This document shows, piece by piece, positions 27,373 to 33,386 of a DNA stretch of 33,386 nt. Made by a program: the position numbers and the translations under genes. Every line of letters begins with the position of its first letter. The stretch's first letter is position 1. The stretch comes from Gemmatimonadota bacterium (GTDB lineage: Bacteria > Latescibacterota > UBA2968 > UBA8231): positions 51,076 through 84,461 of the forward strand of contig JAYOYH010000019.1 in NCBI GenBank assembly GCA_038153405.1, in the 5' to 3' direction. The notes beneath the pieces are model-generated. The model ran no database searches, had not been told where the DNA came from, and was given only the letters and a program-made list of their open reading frames with translations.

Positions 27373-28323
27373 TTAAAAGCCGCAGCGCGCGGCCGCAGCG
27401 AAAAACGGAGCGGCCATAGCCGCCGCACCGCGGTAGGTCATATCGCTGGTCATAGGGTGAACGGAAATCAGGCGCGCGCCGTTCTCGATGGCTGCGACGA
27501 TGCCGTCTTCGATGTCTTTAGGGTCTTCCATCGAACCGGAACCGACGACGCGCCCCATGTGCAAGCCGCGCTTGGCCGCCTCGCGGAATAGTTCGTTGAC
27601 CGCGTCGTTGATTTCGGGTATCTCGCCCTCGCGCAGTATGGCGTCGAACGGGCCGACAAAGCCGCAGGCCTTGTTGCGTCCCTGTGCCGCCATCAGGTCG
27701 AGCACGCGGTCGCGCAGCGCGCGGTCGAGAATGTACTCAGCGGTCTCAAACTGGATCCAACCCTGCGTTTCGGTTTCGGCATTGCGCAGGTCGTCCGGCG
27801 TAAACATCATGGTGCGGTCGCCGGAGCGCACGGGGTAGCCACCGCGGTCATCGCAAGTGGCCTGCCCGGGAATGGGAAAGTTAACGGCGCGGAAAAAGCG
27901 CTCGGCATCTTCGTAGGTCGTGCTATAGGGGCGCAGCGAGGCGCGCGCGCCGAGCTGGAAGACATCGCCGTGCGCAGAGAGCGCCTCGCGGTGCAGACGC
28001 TGCACGGCCAGCAGGCCCAATCGGGATTCAGCGGCGTTTTGCTCGCGTCCGTACCAGCCCTCCCACTGCGAGTGCTCGGCGTCGTTTACAATCCACGAGA
28101 AACCGGCCTTAGCCCAGGCGTGCGCCTCGCTCTCGCGAAAGCGGTGCCAGGGTACATCGTTGAAAATGCCCAGCAGCGGTGGGGTGTCCTCGACCGAACG
28201 GGCTTGGTCGAGGACCTCTTTGAGTGGATTGCGGTTGGGGTTGAGCGCGTAGGCGTGGGCGCGGCGAGCGAATTCTTCGCTCTTAAGCGGCAGGCTGCCG
28301 CCGATGGCTTCAATTGCGTTCAA
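27373..28323 (-). CDS. HpcH/HpaI-type class II aldolase / citrate lyase family protein
   Basis: GFSWIVNDAEH, conserved Arg in VQRL, IQFET and FVGPFD; GGAGG RBS before the TTG start. Confidence 0.75.
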   Translation of the reverse strand: MNAIEAIGGSLPLKSEEFARRAHAYALNPNRNPLKEVLDQARSVEDTPPLLGIFNDVPWHRFRESEAHAWAKAGFSWIVNDAEHSQWEGWYGREQNAAESRLGLLAVQRLHREALSAHGDVFQLGARASLRPYSTTYEDAERFFRAVNFPIPGQATCDDRGGYPVRSGDRTMMFTPDDLRNAETETQGWIQFETAEYILDRALRDRVLDLMAAQGRNKACGFVGPFDAILREGEIPEINDAVNELFREAAKRGLHMGRVVGSGSMEDPKDIEDGIVAAIENGARLISVHPMTSDMTYRGAAAMAAPFFAAAARCGF

Positions 28324-28461
28324 AACAGTCCTCCAGTTAGAGCGAGTTTATGGCGAATCCAGCTCGGCAAAAATCGGGTACGGCCGTGCTGTCGGCAAGC
28401 TTGCCTGCAGCGGGGTAGTTGACGTACCTTGGGAAACTGAATCAATGGCACGAGAGGATGG

Positions 28462-30414
28462 TTGCGTTTGTCTGGTGTGGCGGTCGCAGGACCCGAAGTA
28501 AGTGGGCGTTCATTAGTCATTGGTACGGCACTGGCTTTTTTTCTCAATCTAGCCTGTCCGTACTCTGTCCTCGTTCTGCAAAATGCCGGCTTGACCTCCG
28601 ACTATATCACGGCCGGCGCCATGATGATTTTCCTGCTCTTGGTTGGGCTCTTCAATCCGCTGCTAAAGATGGTATACCTGCCCTGGGCGCTGCGCTCGGG
28701 CGAAATGGTCGTCATCTACGTCATGATGATCGTGGCGTCGGCCATTCCCACCTGGGGTTTGGTGACCAACCTCTTTCACATTCTGACGCGCCCCTTCTAT
28801 TACGCTACGCCGGAGAATCGCTGGGCCGAACTCGTGCAGCCGCTGATACCCGACTGGTTAGCGCCGCGCGACCCGGACGTTGCGCGCTACTTTTACGAGG
28901 GGTTGCCAGAAGGGATTCCCCTGCCGTGGGAGGCTTGGGTCGTGCCCATGCTGGCGTGGGGCAGCGTCATGCTGGCGGTCTACTTGCTGATGGTGGCGAC
29001 GATGGTCGTATTCCGTCGTCCGTGGATTGAACAGGAGCGCCTGGTCTTTCCCCTGACGCAGCTGCCGCTCGAAATGCTGCGCGGGGCCGACGAGGGAATC
29101 TTCCCCCAGCTCTTTCGCAGTCCGCTGATGTGGATTGGTTTCTCCGTGCCCTTTATCATGCAAATGCTGACCGGTCTGCACCACTACTTCTTCTTCGTGC
29201 CAGAAATACGCACGCTGCTCGATCCTCTACGCCTGTTCCGCAACAGCGTTAGCCTCGTCATATTCATCAACTTTGCCATTATTGGCCTGACTTATTTTCT
29301 CAATCTCAACGTCGCCTTTTCCGTTTGGTTTTTTCATTTGCTGAGTCGCTGTCAAACCGGCGTATTCAATATCGTGGGGTACCAGATCAAAGGACACAAC
29401 GAGGCATTGACCGGCTCTTCAATTGCGCTTTCTCATCAGGGAATGGGCGCGATGTTGGTACTGGTCGTCGCCATGCTGTGGACGGCGCGTGCGCATCTGC
29501 GCCACGTGCTGACGGCGGCTTTTTGCCGCGGGGTACAAGCGCGCGACGCCGACGAAATCCTCTCCTACCGCGCCGCGGTGTGGCTGTGGATCGGCTGTGC
29601 GCTCTACGTCTTGGTCTGGCTGGTGGCCACCGGCTTGCCTATCCTGTCGGCTGTGGTCTTTCTGTTTGGGGCCTTTGTCATATTTCTGGCCATCGCCCGC
29701 GTCATTGCCCAGGGCGGCGTCGGCTTTACGTCATCGACTATGCTACCACAGCCTTTTTTGGTCTACACACTGGGTACGGATATGGTCGGTTGGAAGGGGC
29801 TGGCTTCCGTCAGTCTGAGCTATTCATGGGCGGCGGAAATGCGCACTACGGTCATGGCGTCGGCGGCCAATGGCCTCAAGTTGGCGCACAGCGCCCACGC
29901 CAACCACCGGCGCCTGTTCTTGGGCATGGTGTTGGCAATCGTCGTTGGCATGATCGGCGCGACGTGGATAACGCTCGAGCTCAACTACCGCCACGGCGGC
30001 ATCAATCTGCGCCAGTTTGGGGTGCCGAGTCTGGCCTACGGCTTTCTGCAGGACAAGTTGCTCAACCCCATCGGCTGGGACCATATCCAGCCGCGCTTGT
30101 TGTTCACCGCGGTGGGCGCGGCGTTGATGGGCTTCCTCATTTACATGCAGCACCACTATCTGTGGTGGCCGCTGCACTATATCGGTCTGCCGGTCAGCGA
30201 TAGCTGGGTGATGGGCTGGGCGTGGTTTTCCGTGTTTATCGGCTGGATGCTCAAAGCCGTTATTTTCAAGTTCTCTGGAACCAAGGGCTACTTTACCTAT
30301 AAACCGCTCTTTGTTGGCATGATCGCTGGGCAGCTCATGGGCGGTGCCGTGTGGATGGTGGTCGACTTCACTTTGGGCGAAATCGGCAATGTCGTATTTA
30401 TCGGAGTGCGCTAG
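28462..30414 (+). CDS. Polytopic membrane protein, DUF6785/DUF6784-like, putative transporter
   Basis: Many hydrophobic segments; YYATPENRW, W...ERL.FPL.QLP, WWPLH.IG and P.F.G.I.G motifs, which I recall from this family. TTG start uncertain by a few codons. Confidence 0.7.
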   Translation: MRLSGVAVAGPEVSGRSLVIGTALAFFLNLACPYSVLVLQNAGLTSDYITAGAMMIFLLLVGLFNPLLKMVYLPWALRSGEMVVIYVMMIVASAIPTWGLVTNLFHILTRPFYYATPENRWAELVQPLIPDWLAPRDPDVARYFYEGLPEGIPLPWEAWVVPMLAWGSVMLAVYLLMVATMVVFRRPWIEQERLVFPLTQLPLEMLRGADEGIFPQLFRSPLMWIGFSVPFIMQMLTGLHHYFFFVPEIRTLLDPLRLFRNSVSLVIFINFAIIGLTYFLNLNVAFSVWFFHLLSRCQTGVFNIVGYQIKGHNEALTGSSIALSHQGMGAMLVLVVAMLWTARAHLRHVLTAAFCRGVQARDADEILSYRAAVWLWIGCALYVLVWLVATGLPILSAVVFLFGAFVIFLAIARVIAQGGVGFTSSTMLPQPFLVYTLGTDMVGWKGLASVSLSYSWAAEMRTTVMASAANGLKLAHSAHANHRRLFLGMVLAIVVGMIGATWITLELNYRHGGINLRQFGVPSLAYGFLQDKLLNPIGWDHIQPRLLFTAVGAALMGFLIYMQHHYLWWPLHYIGLPVSDSWVMGWAWFSVFIGWMLKAVIFKFSGTKGYFTYKPLFVGMIAGQLMGGAVWMVVDFTLGEIGNVVFIGVR

Positions 30415-30428
30415 CGGAGGGGTATTCG

Positions 30429-31526
30429 ATGAGTAAAACGTATCGCGCCGCCGCCATTGGGCGGACGGGCAAGGGCAATTGGGGACACGGCCTGCATTTG
30501 GGCTTGCTTGGACACGAATGTATTGAGATTGTGGCCGTAGCCGACGAGGGTGAAGAGGGGCGGCTGAAGGCGCAGGGCGAGCTGCAGGCGCCGCGCGCCT
30601 ACGAAGACTATCGCCAGATGTTGGAGACCGAGCGGCCGGACATTGTCACCGTAGGCCCGCGCTGGACCGATTGCCACTTAGATATGGTGCTCGACTGCAT
30701 CGCGGCCGGTGCGCACATCTACTGCGAAAAGCCAATGACCTGGAATCTGCGCGATGCCGACCGCATCATCGCCGCAGCAGATGCGGCCAATCGAAAGATC
30801 GCCGTGGCGCACCAGGCCGTCTATTTGCCGCGTGTGCAGCATCTGCGAGATCAGCTGTGTGCTGGCTGCATCGGTCGAGTGCAGCAGTTGCATGCCGTGG
30901 GAAAGCAGGATAGGCGCAGCGGTGGGGAGGATATGATCGTCCTTGGCACGCACCTGTTTAACCTGATGCGCTTTTTTGCCGGCGATGTAGAATGGATGTC
31001 GGCGCACGTAACGGTTGGGGGGCGCGCACTGGTCGAGGGGGATATGGGCGAGGGCGGCGAGCCGATTGGTCCGATTGCCGGCGACCGCATCGAGAGCTAC
31101 TTCGCTTTTGCCGGCGGTGCCAGCGGCACGTTTACTTCGCTGCGCGAACAGGAAGCCGACGCACACTACGGGTTGGACATCGTCGGCAGCGCGGGGCGCA
31201 TCGCCTTTCGCGGCGGTAGCGGCGGCGCTATGATGCACTATCCGCATGCGGCGCTCTTGCCCGAAGACGGCACGCGCGCTTGGTCGCCGTTGGAAGGCCC
31301 GGCGGATGCGCCGCTGGGCAGCGGCAATACGTGGGCGATCGCCGATCTGATCGCCGCAGTCGAACAAGATCGGCCGCCGCTGTCGAGCGCGCGCGATGCG
31401 TGCGCGGCGCTGGAGATGATTCTCGGTGCGTACGAAGCGCAGATAACGGGTGCGCGCGTAGCGCTGCCCATGCAGAACCGCCACCACCCACTGCTGGCGT
31501 GGAAAGAGGGACATTATGTCGGATAA
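30429..31526 (+). CDS. Gfo/Idh/MocA family oxidoreductase
   Basis: IVAVAD, YEDYRQMLE.E.PDIV, HIYCEKP and GTHLF; GGAGGGG RBS before the ATG at 30429. Confidence 0.9.
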   Translation: MSKTYRAAAIGRTGKGNWGHGLHLGLLGHECIEIVAVADEGEEGRLKAQGELQAPRAYEDYRQMLETERPDIVTVGPRWTDCHLDMVLDCIAAGAHIYCEKPMTWNLRDADRIIAAADAANRKIAVAHQAVYLPRVQHLRDQLCAGCIGRVQQLHAVGKQDRRSGGEDMIVLGTHLFNLMRFFAGDVEWMSAHVTVGGRALVEGDMGEGGEPIGPIAGDRIESYFAFAGGASGTFTSLREQEADAHYGLDIVGSAGRIAFRGGSGGAMMHYPHAALLPEDGTRAWSPLEGPADAPLGSGNTWAIADLIAAVEQDRPPLSSARDACAALEMILGAYEAQITGARVALPMQNRHHPLLAWKEGHYVG

Positions 31527-32958
31527 AAGAGTGCCGCACGAGGTCATTCCCTGCGATAAGCTGCCGGCCGGACGCTATCGCGATCTGCCCGAACCGCCCG
31601 CTTCGTGGACAAAGCTGGTCGGGCCGAGCATCCTGCTGCTGGGTCTGTCGATCGGCAGCGGCGAATTCGTCCTCTGGCCCTATATCACCTACAAGTTCGG
31701 TTTTGTCGTGTTCTGGGCCTGTATGGTCGGCGTGCTGACCCAGTACTTTATCAATATGGAAATCGAGCGCTGGACGTTGGCTACCGGCGAGACGGCCGTA
31801 ACGGGATTTTGTCGCCTGTGGTCCGGCTGGGCCCCCGTCTTTTTGCTCTGCAATATCATCCCGTGGGTTTGGCCGGGATGGGCTTCGGGTGCGGCGACTA
31901 TGCTCAGTTGGGAGTTGGGCGGCGGCGAGGGCATGCGGGTGTTCTATTCGATTTTTAGCCTAATCGCCATCGGCTTGGCGCTGAGCTTGGGACCGGTGAT
32001 CTACAACACGGTCGAGCGCATTCAGACGGTGCTCATAAGCTGCGTATTGCTCTTTCTGCTCGTCGTATTTGCCCTCGTCGTAGAATTGGATCACGTGGTG
32101 GAAATGGGTCGAGGTATCGCCAACGTCGGCCATATTCCCGAGGGGATGGAACTGCCGCTCTTTTTGGGCGCGCTGGCTTTTGCCGGAGCCGGTGGGACAA
32201 TGAACCTAGTGCAGAGCGACTACGTGCGCGACAAGGGATATGCGATGGGCGCCTATATCGGTCGCCTGACTAGCCCCCTGACGGGCAAGGAAGAAGTCGT
32301 CGGCGATATTGGCTACCACTTCGAACACAGCGACGAAAATATGCGCCGCTGGCGCGGCTGGTGGAAGGCGGCCAACCGGGAGCACTTTGTGACGTTTTAC
32401 CTGCTTTCGGTGTTTTCTCTCATGCTGCTCTCGCTCATTTCCTATGCCACGGCGCGCCAGACGCCCGGTTTGGAAGGTGGCCTCGGCTTTATTCAGGTCG
32501 AGGGCGAATTTATCGGTGCTGCGCACGGTGCGTTCTTTGGTCACGTCTTTCGCTGGATGGGCATTGCCATTCTCTTGACGACGGAACTGGGCCTACTCGA
32601 CGCGTGTGCGCGTATTTCGGCCGATATCGTCAAGACCAATTGGCTACGTACCAACGGTAAATGGTCAAAGGATCGCCTCTACTTCTTCATGCTGTGGGGA
32701 CAGATCGCTTTTGGCTGTCTGGTTATGCTAACGGATTTTAACCAGCCGCTGGTGCTGCTGGTGCTGAGCGCTTCGCTCAACGGAGGCGTTATGCTGATCT
32801 ATTCGCTGCTCCTGCTGTGGACCAACAACAAGGTGTTGGGCGGTCGGCTAACCATGCATCCGGTGCGTTTTGTGGCGATGGTATGGGCGTGCGCATTTTT
32901 CGGCTACTTCACATTTATTACGCTCAGCAATCAACTGCCGCGCCTGTGGCAGGGATGA
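31516..32958 (+). CDS. NRAMP/APC-superfamily transporter-like membrane protein
   Basis: GPSILLLGLSIGSGE...WP, Q...N.EI.RWTLATGE and GAGG..NL; about 11 hydrophobic segments; overlaps the upstream stop. Confidence 0.8.
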   Translation: MSDKRVPHEVIPCDKLPAGRYRDLPEPPASWTKLVGPSILLLGLSIGSGEFVLWPYITYKFGFVVFWACMVGVLTQYFINMEIERWTLATGETAVTGFCRLWSGWAPVFLLCNIIPWVWPGWASGAATMLSWELGGGEGMRVFYSIFSLIAIGLALSLGPVIYNTVERIQTVLISCVLLFLLVVFALVVELDHVVEMGRGIANVGHIPEGMELPLFLGALAFAGAGGTMNLVQSDYVRDKGYAMGAYIGRLTSPLTGKEEVVGDIGYHFEHSDENMRRWRGWWKAANREHFVTFYLLSVFSLMLLSLISYATARQTPGLEGGLGFIQVEGEFIGAAHGAFFGHVFRWMGIAILLTTELGLLDACARISADIVKTNWLRTNGKWSKDRLYFFMLWGQIAFGCLVMLTDFNQPLVLLVLSASLNGGVMLIYSLLLLWTNNKVLGGRLTMHPVRFVAMVWACAFFGYFTFITLSNQLPRLWQG

Positions 32959-33050
32959 TGGTTGTCGCTGTAAAAAAAACACCAGAAAATGTGTAAAAAT
33001 AGTAAAATTTACTATATAAGTATATATATTTTAAAATAGTTGAATACTAT

Positions 33051-33079
33051 TTGACAATTGTCTCTGAGCATGTTATGAT
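33051..33079 (+). promoter_or_regulatory. Near-consensus sigma70 promoter with extended -10
   Basis: TTGACA (33051-33056), 17-bp spacer, TG at 33071-33072 and TATGAT (33074-33079); very AT-rich upstream (UP-like). Confidence 0.8.
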
Positions 33080-33154
33080 AGACATGTTTTTTTGCCAACA
33101 CAGTAAAGCAATTACAGAATAGGCACTATCTCCATAACGCAAGGGAGGGTAACC

Positions 33155-33386
33155 ATGCGCATTTCGCTAGGGAGGTTGTGGGCCGTGCCGCTGGCATTGG
33201 CCTGTGTCCTGCAAGCTATACCTGCGGCGGCCGGTAACGGCAAAATCGCGGGTGTGGTACAAGACGATGCCGGGCAGGCGCTGCCCGGAGCCAATGTAGT
33301 AACCACGGTCAGCGGTGAGAAGGTCGGCGCGATCACCGACGATCAGGGTCGCTACTTTATTCTTAACGTGCCCCCGGGCGCGTATG
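33155..33386 (+). CDS. TonB-dependent receptor-like protein N-terminus (signal peptide plus carboxypeptidase regulatory-like domain); 3' truncated
   Basis: Not in the ORF track. GGGAGG RBS, then MRISLGRLWAVPLALACVLQAIPAAA-GNGKIAGVVQDDAGQALPGANV...GAITDDQGRYFILNVPPGAY, open to the window end. Confidence 0.8.
   Translation, partial: MRISLGRLWAVPLALACVLQAIPAAAGNGKIAGVVQDDAGQALPGANVVTTVSGEKVGAITDDQGRYFILNVPPGAY

Noticed and set aside
26966..27591. ORFs 27019-27591(+), 27086-27376(+), 26958-27182(-) and the 83-aa N-terminal extension of 26228-27214(-)
   Set aside because: No recognisable motifs, Arg/Ala/Cys-rich shadow-ORF composition, and a clear RBS plus signal peptide at 26965. The region is better explained as structured RNA.
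33112..33336. 74-aa minus-strand ORF
   Set aside because: It is the antisense shadow of the + strand signal-peptide gene starting at 33155.

Overview
GC-rich bacterial chromosomal window, mostly housekeeping and catabolic genes. I see no transposase, integrase, phage gene, tRNA/rRNA or CRISPR array. From left to right it holds: (1) the 3' part of a very large FN3-repeat secreted protein with a FlgD-Ig/T9SS-like C-terminal domain; (2) a cyclase-family hydrolase; (3) minus-strand rlmI, FGE/SUMF1-fold and SAMHD1-like HD genes; (4) a ~12 kb co-oriented block, ndk-yceD-rpmF-fabH-fabD-fabG-acpP-fabF-rnc-lipoate ligase family-oppD/oppF-like-PpiD-like-beta-hydroxyacid dehydrogenase, with no plsX and no opp permease or binding protein; (5) NAD kinase, two SDR/epimerases and an alpha/beta hydrolase; (6) a UlaG-like MBL hydrolase; (7) an atypical serine-acetyltransferase-like protein; (8) a putative beta-barrel protein; (9) a ~237-nt highly self-complementary intergenic element with 6S-RNA-like motifs; (10) an HpcH-type aldolase divergent from a DUF6785-like membrane protein/Gfo-Idh-MocA/NRAMP-like operon; (11) an AT-rich promoter with palindromes driving a truncated TonB-dependent-receptor-like gene. 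The gene repertoire suggests an FCB-group organism such as Ca. Latescibacterota or relatives (inference only). The most interesting items are the structured ncRNA candidate at 27049-27285, a duplicated 60-aa module inserted into two FN3 domains, the CysE-like protein with a ~50-aa insertion at a substrate loop, and a stem-loop directly upstream of rnc.
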